From IMG/VR virus record IMGVR_UViG_3300005264_000006, positions 1,831-65,830 of that record: a DNA stretch of 64,000 nt; one strand, written 5' to 3'. Of the stretch, positions 27,369 to 36,175 are shown piece after piece; the stretch's first letter is position 1; every line of letters begins with the position of its first letter. Under the pieces are notes generated by a model. The model was not told the DNA's origin. It did not search any database and worked only from the letters and a program-made list of their open reading frames with translations. Both the position numbers and the translations under genes were made by a program. This DNA comes from a virus (taxonomy: Duplodnaviria > Caudoviricetes).

Positions 27369-29075
27369 CTAAGCAGTTCTGTATAACCTCATCCCATGAA
27401 CATATAAATTATGTTCACCATCATTTGTGTTTTTCCTCCAGTATACTCTTATAACATCTCCAGCCGTTGCAGAAATACTAGTTTCTATTGAATCACTTTT
27501 AACATTGGTAGTAATGGTAGAAATATTTGCAGTATCACCATTAGCTTGATTGTACGTTGTTGACTGAACTCCAACATATACTAAACCATGTATCGTGATA
27601 GGAGCATCATCGGCATGAAAAATAAGTTGCACGGAATAAGTTCCCGATAATGGAACAATAAATGTTGCCGATATACCTGCATCGGTATCTGCAGTAGACA
27701 CAGAAAACCAACCTTCCGTGTTTGAAACAAAACCATTATATGGTTCCATGGTTATTGGTGCAACATTCTTTTCTACCGCACTGACATCAATACCGTCAAC
27801 ATTTCCGCTTACCGTTATGTTTCCATTGATTGTTAATCCCGCAAAAGTTGGACTTGCATCACTAGTTACTGATTGACTTATATATGTATGAGAACTTCCA
27901 CTTGAACTGGCATGTGAATCGGTGTAACTATTTGCTGATGCTTCCGTTGCGTCTGCATATGCCTTAACATTACCTTGAGTACAAAGTTTAGTGTCGGAAG
28001 TTCCTAAATTATCATTATTTTCTATTTCCGTTACTCTTGCTCCGGTACCAAATCTAACACCACTATTATTAATGTCTATTCTTGCCGTTCCGTTAGTTTC
28101 AAAACTTATAGCATCGGTTGTAAATGATACAAGAGTATTTGTATTACCACTATGAATTATATCATCAGCGATAGTAACATTTGCAAAAGTTGGACTTGCT
28201 GTATTCGTGACATTTTGATTTATATAAGTGTGACTTGCTCCTGTACTTCCTTCATGGCTCGTTAAGTTTGATTGAACAGTATCAACCTCAGTTTTTCTTG
28301 CAGAATCATTATCGTTTGACGGAGCGGATAAATTTATAATCTTACCGGCAGAGTTCATATCAACAGTTCCAGCAAGAACATTACTTTTATTTCGAGCCTG
28401 TTCTAAACTAACTTGATGTGGATTACTAGTATTTGTTGTATGAGAATTAAATTCATCATATCTCATTGAATCTCCGGAAGTAGTTCCCGCCACAAGACCC
28501 GTAATTTTCTTAGAATTCATGTCAAGATTTTCGTGAAAATCCACTGCTCCGGAAACATCAAGAGTACCATCCACATCCGTGTTATCAAGATTTGTTGTTC
28601 CATCAACATCTAAATCTCCAAGAATGTCAACATTTGCTTGTATGTTTAATCCATATATATTTAATATGTTGTTTGTTTGTCTAAATCTAATATCATAAGG
28701 AGTTCCGCTTATATCTTGAGCAATTAAGACGCCGGCTTTAGCTGTTGATTCTATTCCCGTTGCGTGACCAATTCCAGACGAATCTATATAAAGCCACTCG
28801 TCATTACTAAGAGAAATGGATTGTTGTTCTACTTTAACAACTTTTCCATTCCACATTATATAACCGTTATTTAGTGTTCCACCCGAATGAGAACATCCTT
28901 CTATTACAAATCTCGGTAATAACAACATTCCTAAAATTTTATGTATCATCCATTGTATTCCAGGAATTCCATCACCGGCGTTTTGTGTATATTGTAATAT
29001 TCGAGGATCAAATCTACCGGGTCTTTGTTGCTGACTAACATCATTCATATCCCTATTATATTTATTGCTTGTCAT
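27369..29075 (-). CDS. Tail fibre/receptor-binding protein
   Basis: Fibre-type repeats (DLDVDGTTNLD, NPHQV, ASPTFA twice) and a C-terminal beta-sandwich. Confidence 0.75.
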   Translation of the reverse strand: MTSNKYNRDMNDVSQQQRPGRFDPRILQYTQNAGDGIPGIQWMIHKILGMLLLPRFVIEGCSHSGGTLNNGYIMWNGKVVKVEQQSISLSNDEWLYIDSSGIGHATGIESTAKAGVLIAQDISGTPYDIRFRQTNNILNIYGLNIQANVDILGDLDVDGTTNLDNTDVDGTLDVSGAVDFHENLDMNSKKITGLVAGTTSGDSMRYDEFNSHTTNTSNPHQVSLEQARNKSNVLAGTVDMNSAGKIINLSAPSNDNDSARKTEVDTVQSNLTSHEGSTGASHTYINQNVTNTASPTFANVTIADDIIHSGNTNTLVSFTTDAISFETNGTARIDINNSGVRFGTGARVTEIENNDNLGTSDTKLCTQGNVKAYADATEASANSYTDSHASSSGSSHTYISQSVTSDASPTFAGLTINGNITVSGNVDGIDVSAVEKNVAPITMEPYNGFVSNTEGWFSVSTADTDAGISATFIVPLSGTYSVQLIFHADDAPITIHGLVYVGVQSTTYNQANGDTANISTITTNVKSDSIETSISATAGDVIRVYWRKNTNDGEHNLYVHGMRLYRTA

Positions 29076-29274
29076 TTACATCACTTAAATTTTTTCTCAA
29101 TTCTTTTAATTCGTTTTTTTGTAAAGCAATTTCTTTCTTAATATCTTTTACTTCCTTCATATATTTATGTACTAGATATCCCTTGTATGCTCTTTCAGCT
29201 TTCTCCTTCGAATCATACATGCATTTCCCGTTACCAATTCGATATTTTCCGTTAGGACATTTATGTACTGGCAT
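29062..29274 (-). CDS. Small hypothetical protein (MPVHKCPNGKYRIG...)
   Basis: Likely ATG at 29274 after GGTGA; C-terminal coiled coil. Confidence 0.6.
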   Translation of the reverse strand: MPVHKCPNGKYRIGNGKCMYDSKEKAERAYKGYLVHKYMKEVKDIKKEIALQKNELKELRKNLSDVNDKQ

Positions 29275-29275
29275 T

Positions 29276-29938
29276 TTATAATTCACCGAATTTCCATTTA
29301 ATTTCAATATCTTCGTCAGATACTAACGGATCGTCTATATAGACTCCCGTTGCTCCACAAAACCCACTACCATAAATAGCGACCCTACAAAGCATTGAAT
29401 TCGGTTTACTAGCTTCGTGATAAGATGGATCATGTGAGGGACCTGAACTACCTAAGAATAAACCAAACTCTCTTATTTTAACTCCTGTTGGTAAAGTACC
29501 AGGAACATTAAAACGACCTGTAAATTCAAGGGTTTGATCTCTTCTAGTTACATTTAACTGTATTCTTGTACCTACTTCATTGGATAGTGTTGAGTCTTCC
29601 GGGCTTACCAACATCGTATCGGTAATTGGATAATCACAACTACCACTCGGTACACCAAAAGTTCCAACTGCTCTTTCCGATGAAGAATTATTAAACATAC
29701 AAGTTCCTGCTGCACCGTATCTGGGTTTAGTCCATAAACCTACATTTCCCGTTCCATAATTACCGGGATCTTTTGGATTATGCCAAGTCTTTCTGCCTCC
29801 TAAAAAGTCTAATATATATTCTTTTCCATCATCAACAAGAAGATTTGGAAACTCTCCCCAAACTTTTTTTTCATATTTCTTATTTCCTTTAATTATTTCT
29901 ACTTTACCTTCTAATCCAAATAATTTCATTTTTAACAA
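29276..29938 (-). CDS. Baseplate/tail-fibre attachment protein
   Basis: NLLVDDGK..., IREFGLF pattern; position after the baseplate genes. Confidence 0.6.
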   Translation of the reverse strand: MLKMKLFGLEGKVEIIKGNKKYEKKVWGEFPNLLVDDGKEYILDFLGGRKTWHNPKDPGNYGTGNVGLWTKPRYGAAGTCMFNNSSSERAVGTFGVPSGSCDYPITDTMLVSPEDSTLSNEVGTRIQLNVTRRDQTLEFTGRFNVPGTLPTGVKIREFGLFLGSSGPSHDPSYHEASKPNSMLCRVAIYGSGFCGATGVYIDDPLVSDEDIEIKWKFGEL

Positions 29939-31758
29939 ACTCCACTTACATTTGTGTTAAACAGTATGTCCGGCAAAAAGTAATTATACAATAAACCAGA
30001 AATACCACTTAGACAATCTAAATGATTCAAACCCCAACCCCAAGGATATAAGGTTTGCCAATTCTTATTTTTTGTATAACCAATAACATTTGTTATACCA
30101 AATCCATCTATAAACCCCGTGCCGGTGGTGGTGTTGTGGAATTTAATATAACCTACATTTCCCGAAGTGTTACCACTCGAAAGAAGTGTTTTATTTATAA
30201 AAGTTTTTCTATCGGAAGCATTCTGATCATAATAGATACTTATATGAGAATCGTTATCCGGAAAAATATTAAGAAGAGGTTTGCTTGAATCAACAAATCC
30301 GCTTTGTGACTGATTATATTCTACCCAATACAATTCCTGTAATCCTGTAGTTAAAATACTACATCTTAATGTTGAACTTTCTGGATGAATCCAAAAATCT
30401 ACATGACCACTATCGTATGTTCCAACCATATAACTCATTGATGAACCATTGCCTTTTAATCTTGCGACATGCCTAAATCTATCGTTAGCGTTGAATATAT
30501 CAACCGCTCCACTAGTCTGCCAAATTCCCGATAACGCAACACCTGAACTTTCGAAATTATCCACTGCTTCAATCCATCCGTTATAACATCTAAATCTACT
30601 ATTCCAATCATCATAATTGTAACTTAAACTTCCCATTTCCCAAAATTTTTTAGTTAATATTTTTGGTTTTACCTTCATTGCTAATAATCCTTGTTCAAGA
30701 AAATCATCAAGGTCACCGATTTGTTCTATTCCATAAAATCCTACAAATACACTTACACCTGCTGGTGTAACACTTCGAGCAATATATTCAGCTAAATCGG
30801 TATCTCCTGCTTCAAACGGAGCACCTAAAGTGGATGTTAAGGGTAGATTTATTTGCCAGTGAGGCATTGAATGATGATATCTTTCCGTTATAATAATATC
30901 TTCTTTTCTTACATTATAAAAATGTGCAAACATTCTTTTTATTTCCGAAATTGTGGGAGTAACCCACCATTTCTGAGTCCAACATTTATTTACAAATTCC
31001 CATATCTTAGCATTTTGAGCATTAGTTACGGGATAATCAGAAAACTTTTCTCTTGTTAATCTTACATCATAACCTTTATCAATTTGAATGCTTTTTTCAG
31101 CATTATAACCGCTATAACCATAAGAAAGACATTGTGGACAGGTATCACCTGTATTCGGGTCAATTCCAGTTCCATTACAATATGGACAAGTTGTTGGTGC
31201 TAACCATATAGAATTTAATATTTTTTTAATCATGTTGTGAATTTTATACATTCCTAAAAGCCAAATTAATTGACTACCAACACTAGCTAATACATAAAAT
31301 TTTACCTTTCCGCCTTTTTCACCGAATATGTCAACATTGGCGGTTATATCGGTTATTTCATATATCTTATTACCTAAACCGGAAATTAACCAACATGCAC
31401 TTTTTCCTGTAAATCTGGGTATTTCCAGGTATGCTTGAACTATTTCGGAACCTTTTTCATAAACATCTTTTGTTAATTCCATGCCAATTTGAGTCCACGT
31501 TTCGGTTCCTGCCTTTTCAGCAACCCTACCATATATTGTTAATGTTAAATTATTTTCTCTTATTTTTTCATCAACAATTGCTATAACAGGTCCTGGAGCA
31601 GTAACACTATCATATAAAGAAACATTCTTTTTTATGAAACCCTCTGTTCTACTCCATTCGGCAAGTTCAATTATATTTGTTCCAGCATGAGGCGTTTGTT
31701 CTCTAACCCTTTTAAATGCCGTGTTCAAATAATAATCAATTTGGTCTCTAATATCCAT
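29932..31758 (-). CDS. Baseplate wedge protein with DnaJ-like zinc finger
   Basis: Follows baseplate J; PTISEIKRM and VTPAGV motifs; CPYCNGTG..CPQC. Confidence 0.6.
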   Translation of the reverse strand: MDIRDQIDYYLNTAFKRVREQTPHAGTNIIELAEWSRTEGFIKKNVSLYDSVTAPGPVIAIVDEKIRENNLTLTIYGRVAEKAGTETWTQIGMELTKDVYEKGSEIVQAYLEIPRFTGKSACWLISGLGNKIYEITDITANVDIFGEKGGKVKFYVLASVGSQLIWLLGMYKIHNMIKKILNSIWLAPTTCPYCNGTGIDPNTGDTCPQCLSYGYSGYNAEKSIQIDKGYDVRLTREKFSDYPVTNAQNAKIWEFVNKCWTQKWWVTPTISEIKRMFAHFYNVRKEDIIITERYHHSMPHWQINLPLTSTLGAPFEAGDTDLAEYIARSVTPAGVSVFVGFYGIEQIGDLDDFLEQGLLAMKVKPKILTKKFWEMGSLSYNYDDWNSRFRCYNGWIEAVDNFESSGVALSGIWQTSGAVDIFNANDRFRHVARLKGNGSSMSYMVGTYDSGHVDFWIHPESSTLRCSILTTGLQELYWVEYNQSQSGFVDSSKPLLNIFPDNDSHISIYYDQNASDRKTFINKTLLSSGNTSGNVGYIKFHNTTTGTGFIDGFGITNVIGYTKNKNWQTLYPWGWGLNHLDCLSGISGLLYNYFLPDILFNTNVSGVC

Positions 31759-31759
31759 T

Positions 31760-33598
31760 TTATCCTATTCCTCTTTGGAGGTTTCTGGTTCCCAAATCAG
31801 GTATTTCATCATCTGCTAAATACACATCTTCTTGTTTCCAAGTGTCTTGATCCGATCTTTTAATGTATAGTTCTTTTTGTCTCCATACGTTTGGATGTTT
31901 CATTATTTCGTATTCAATCCGAGAATAAATAACATTATCTCCTGTTTGTAAAGATTCAAGATAAGTTTCTATATTCGCTATTACATCTTCTCTTACCGTA
32001 GCAAAATCAGATAATTCGGTTATATATATAATACCTTTTATATCTATATTAACTTCTTCCGATTCTAAAATTTGGTATTGAATTCCAACTGGACTAAGAC
32101 CTCCACCATCAACATAATCCAATTGAGATTCTAAAGTATTTTTTAGATTGTCAAAACCAAAACCATCTTGTGGCGATAGTATAACTGTATACCCTGCACC
32201 GTTATACCAAGTTTTGAACATTAAATCAACACCGGTTGATTGTTCCTGTGCAACGCCAGAAACATATTTATATAAACTATATCTTGAACTCTCCCCGCCA
32301 TATCCTTCAAGACTTGTTCTAATTTCCCAGTAGTTTGAATTAAAGTCTATTCCGGTAACACCGTCTTCCGGTGGATGACACCATAAATCAAACCTATAAG
32401 TTCTAGTTTTATCTAATCCGTTATATTTTAGATCAAGATTAATATCTTGGAATCCGGTAATTCCTGGAACTAAATCAACTTCCTCTATTAATGCATCATC
32501 CAAATGTAAGCCGGTTGCTACTGTATTTAATCTAATACCACATTTCAATCCAGGCGGTGCATTAATTGTTCTTCCACTTAATGTTATTCTACCTAAAGAT
32601 AATACTAAATCTCCCGGTACAAAAGATTGACTCCAAACTATATCATAAGAGTCAACCCTTTTTGTTGCTCCTGTATTTGGAGAATCCCAATTTAATACCG
32701 AAGTTTGGTCAACGCCCTTATTTTGATAAACTTTTACAGCTCTAACGCCCTCTATATTAGAAGCTAAGTCTCTAACTTTTCCAAGGGTGAAATTTCTATA
32801 TCTCGCTTCTAATTGTCTTGCCCTATAATTATCATCCGATTCTTTATCAGCACCGGAAGTTATGTCTTCACTATTTGTAACTGTTAGAAATGGATATGTA
32901 ACGCTATTAGTTATTTCTCCAACTTTAGCATTGCTAACAATTCCAGAAGCAACTGAAGTGACTTCAACTCTCTTTGTAACCTGACCCTCAACTTCAACAT
33001 AATACCCTTCATTCTCAATTATATAACCAGAACTGGTATTAAGCCAATGAATATTATTGTGATATGTTTCATCAAATTCCCAAACATTATCTGTAATTGG
33101 CGTTAAATTTTCCTTTAGTATTTGGGTAACACTTTCAACATAAGGATAATCACTGGAAAAGTATTCATATGATTCTCCGGTTTTTGTTTTTGTTTGTTTA
33201 ATTCTATATGGAATATAACTGTCGTCATCTGCTAAATAACTATTAAGAGAAGAACTAAATTCTGCTCCTTGTTGAATTAATATTGGTGCTCCATTAATTG
33301 TTGCAGTACAATCAACATATCCCTGAGCATGCGTTGCTCCTCTTCTAGGCATTCCATTTTCTATTCCGTGCTTGTCAAGCCAATTACCAACAGCATTTCT
33401 TATAGACATTTGTTCGGATGCTGTTTCTAAAAGAGTTTCATAATAAAACTCATCAAGACTATGAATTTTCATTTGTTGCCAAAGCCAAGAACTAGGTGTA
33501 AAATTAACAACATCAAATATATCTTGAGCTTTTTCTTCATAATCCTCTATAATTTCCTTTGCTGAACGCGGGGTAAATCCATTATCGTTATATGGCAT
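31760..33598 (-). CDS. Baseplate J-like wedge protein
   Basis: AVGNWLDKHG, GADKESDDNYRAR, GDNVIYSRI. Confidence 0.88.
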   Translation of the reverse strand: MPYNDNGFTPRSAKEIIEDYEEKAQDIFDVVNFTPSSWLWQQMKIHSLDEFYYETLLETASEQMSIRNAVGNWLDKHGIENGMPRRGATHAQGYVDCTATINGAPILIQQGAEFSSSLNSYLADDDSYIPYRIKQTKTKTGESYEYFSSDYPYVESVTQILKENLTPITDNVWEFDETYHNNIHWLNTSSGYIIENEGYYVEVEGQVTKRVEVTSVASGIVSNAKVGEITNSVTYPFLTVTNSEDITSGADKESDDNYRARQLEARYRNFTLGKVRDLASNIEGVRAVKVYQNKGVDQTSVLNWDSPNTGATKRVDSYDIVWSQSFVPGDLVLSLGRITLSGRTINAPPGLKCGIRLNTVATGLHLDDALIEEVDLVPGITGFQDINLDLKYNGLDKTRTYRFDLWCHPPEDGVTGIDFNSNYWEIRTSLEGYGGESSRYSLYKYVSGVAQEQSTGVDLMFKTWYNGAGYTVILSPQDGFGFDNLKNTLESQLDYVDGGGLSPVGIQYQILESEEVNIDIKGIIYITELSDFATVREDVIANIETYLESLQTGDNVIYSRIEYEIMKHPNVWRQKELYIKRSDQDTWKQEDVYLADDEIPDLGTRNLQRGIG

Positions 33599-33965
33599 TT
33601 GGCACCCCCTCTTCTATCATTATTAAATCTCCTAATTTAGATTGAACTGACATTTTAAGATGTAATTGTTGACCGTCCCTCCAAGCTTCAATTGAATCTA
33701 TTGCATAAATCAATCGTTCCTTAGCAGGATTAAGAGCATCCGCCAACAAACTCTTAACAACTTCTGTTGGTGTTCCGTTACTATTCATCTTTATTGCTTC
33801 TCTTAAATCAAAACCATAGTATAAATTCCATATTTCTGAACCTGTTTGCGTGTTCAACAGATTGTCTATAATTTGATAAAATGCGTATTTATCTTCCACC
33901 TCTATGTAATCACCACTCTCCAAAATGGGATCACCTGTTCGGAGATCTAAAAGAATTCCGGGCAT
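33588..33965 (-). CDS. Baseplate wedge gp25-like protein
   Basis: LNTQTGSEIWNLYYGFD; directly upstream of baseplate J. Confidence 0.7.
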   Translation of the reverse strand: MPGILLDLRTGDPILESGDYIEVEDKYAFYQIIDNLLNTQTGSEIWNLYYGFDLREAIKMNSNGTPTEVVKSLLADALNPAKERLIYAIDSIEAWRDGQQLHLKMSVQSKLGDLIMIEEGVPNAI

Positions 33966-34014
33966 TTTTTATCATTCCTCTTACTTGTCATTTTTTTTCT
34001 TCCTTAACCTATTA

Positions 34015-34035
34015 TTGTTTTTAAAGTTTATAAAG
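34015..34035 (-). promoter_or_regulatory. Putative late promoter (TATA box + TTAAAAACAA)
   Basis: Minus strand reads ctttataaactttaaaaacaa; near-identical copies at 52198 and 63583. Confidence 0.7.
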
Positions 34036-34078
34036 TTATGTATTTTTTAATGTCAAAATTATTTGCATTTAATCTTCC

Positions 34079-34642
34079 TCATTTTCCATTTACTTTTCCT
34101 ATACTTGCTGTTGCTACTCCTAACACTTTTCCTATGCTTGCCGATGCCACGCCTAAAACTTTATGATCGTATCCGGTTGATGTTGAGGTATAAGTCACTA
34201 TGACATAAACAACATCAAGATAGTTTCCATCGTTTTTATCCGTTGCATCACAATAATACTGAACTACTAAACTATCTAAAGCAGATTGTGACCAAGAACC
34301 ATTAAAAGAGTTACTACACCATTTAAAACTAGCTATTGTTCCTAATGAAGTTTCTTGTGCGGTTTCTCCTATACCTCCTACTATTATCTGAACTTCCGGA
34401 TGATGACTAGAATAGACTCCACCATAAGTCCAAACAGTGATATTAGTTACTTCATCAACATCATCAATCGTATCCGGAAAAGTCATGGCAATAAATTCAT
34501 TATTATCATCGGTATAACCGTTCCAAGTATCACCACCACCTGCATTTGGTTGTGTTACTGCTTCATCTACATATGTATGATCACCATAACCCCATTGATT
34601 TACCGATGTACCGTTTGGTCTTAAAGGGTCACTAACAGTCAT
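34079..34642 (-). CDS. Putative virion protein with C-terminal 11-aa repeats
   Basis: LRPNG N-terminus; KVLGVASASIG / KVLGVATASIG / KVNGK. Confidence 0.6.
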   Translation of the reverse strand: MTVSDPLRPNGTSVNQWGYGDHTYVDEAVTQPNAGGGDTWNGYTDDNNEFIAMTFPDTIDDVDEVTNITVWTYGGVYSSHHPEVQIIVGGIGETAQETSLGTIASFKWCSNSFNGSWSQSALDSLVVQYYCDATDKNDGNYLDVVYVIVTYTSTSTGYDHKVLGVASASIGKVLGVATASIGKVNGK

Positions 34643-34643
34643 G

Positions 34644-35114
34644 TTATATCAACTCATTTGTAACTTCATTTTTTCCGAAAGTCGTTTTGAAACCTATTTT
34701 TCCATATTCTTCTATAACTATTTTCATAAATTCGGAGAATCCAATTTTGCCTATACCAATATTAGCTTCATTCATTTGGATTTCATCATCACTTCCGTAA
34801 TAAATTGCAAGTTTTTTTATTGTTCTTGTACTTAAATATTCTTTAGCGTGTTCGGCCATTAATCTTACAGCTTCGGGATAATCTTCTAATTCTGCCTTTA
34901 TAGTATACGCTATTAAATTTATGACACCGTTTAATTCTTTATATCCTTTTATTAATTCAATTTTATCCGATTCATAACGATAATAGTGACAATCGGTTTT
35001 TCTTTCAATAATATTCAAATATATTTGTCCAGTTTTATTAATTCCACACCCAAAATTTTCTCTCAAGGAAGCCATTTCATTAAAATCTTCTAATGTAATC
35101 ATTTCTCTCCACAT
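34644..35114 (-). CDS. Hypothetical protein
   Basis: 156-aa ORF within the structural operon. Confidence 0.55.
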   Translation of the reverse strand: MWREMITLEDFNEMASLRENFGCGINKTGQIYLNIIERKTDCHYYRYESDKIELIKGYKELNGVINLIAYTIKAELEDYPEAVRLMAEHAKEYLSTRTIKKLAIYYGSDDEIQMNEANIGIGKIGFSEFMKIVIEEYGKIGFKTTFGKNEVTNELI

Positions 35115-35115
35115 T

Positions 35116-35982
35116 TTAAGCCACCTCCACCCAACAAATGTCTTTTACTAATACAGTGTTAGCATCTACTGCTACACCAACACATTGAACCAAATCTCCG
35201 GTAGCATATGCACTTATATCATCGGTTAATGCACCATTATCACCTACATAAATAGGATCACCTGCTGACCAATCCCAATCATCTTCTCTTACGGTTCCTA
35301 ATATTAATACTCTACCCGTCCCCACTGATACGCCAATAGCTAAATTAATACTATCCTTGTCACAAGCAGCCACTGTATTATTAGCACTAATATAAACTGC
35401 TTTACCATAAGTTTGTGTATTAGTAAGCGTGATGATTGTTCCACTATATTTTCCATCAGCACTAAGAGTTCCGTCTACTATTAATCCGTAATTTTCAGCC
35501 GGTAATATATCTTCGGTAATTATATTCTCTGTTAACGTTAAAGCATGTGATTCCACATAGGCATGTGCTTCTGCTTCAGTACATAAACTAGACACATCTT
35601 TACCATCAACATTACCAACATTAGTAATATTATGCGTGCCCATGTTAAGATCGTTTTCTAGTGTAAGAGCAGTTTCTTCCACATAATCATGGGCTTCTTC
35701 TTTAGTGTCGCCGGCATTGTCATCTACATATTTCTTAGTAGCTGCATCTTGGTTGTCATCCGGATCTCCTACACCCGTAATTTTATACGTGCCCATGGCT
35801 ATATTACCATCCGGAGTATTCCATTTATTTAATTTAAAAGCATCCACTTCTGCTTCTGTATAAACATCGGCATTAGGAATTAAAATCCACTTGTCATCTG
35901 CCGCTACATATTTAAAATACGAACCGTTTGTATTGGGTCCTATTTCATCTCCATCATTTGGACTAGTCGGAAAGAATCCCAT
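35116..35982 (-). CDS. Fibre/decoration-like virion protein
   Basis: FPTSPNDGD, DAATKKYVD, TEAEAHAYVE repeats; C-terminal cement-like domain. Confidence 0.65.
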   Translation of the reverse strand: MGFFPTSPNDGDEIGPNTNGSYFKYVAADDKWILIPNADVYTEAEVDAFKLNKWNTPDGNIAMGTYKITGVGDPDDNQDAATKKYVDDNAGDTKEEAHDYVEETALTLENDLNMGTHNITNVGNVDGKDVSSLCTEAEAHAYVESHALTLTENIITEDILPAENYGLIVDGTLSADGKYSGTIITLTNTQTYGKAVYISANNTVAACDKDSINLAIGVSVGTGRVLILGTVREDDWDWSAGDPIYVGDNGALTDDISAYATGDLVQCVGVAVDANTVLVKDICWVEVA

Positions 35983-35983
35983 C

Positions 35984-36175
35984 TTATTCCTCCAATTCTT
36001 CTAAGAATAAATTTATGTTTTCTAATTTTTTTAATTCCGATTGTAAAACTCTTAAACTTCTCTTTAAATTTGGAATACTTTCTTTAATTTCTTCAATTCT
36101 TATATTGTTTTCTTCTATTTTTTTATTTATATCTATATTCATTTTAATAACCACTCGTGTTTGAAAATTTTGCAT
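35984..36175 (-). CDS. Small coiled-coil protein
   Basis: Heptad pattern; lies between fibre genes. Confidence 0.5.
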   Translation of the reverse strand: MQNFQTRVVIKMNIDINKKIEENNIRIEEIKESIPNLKRSLRVLQSELKKLENINLFLEELEE

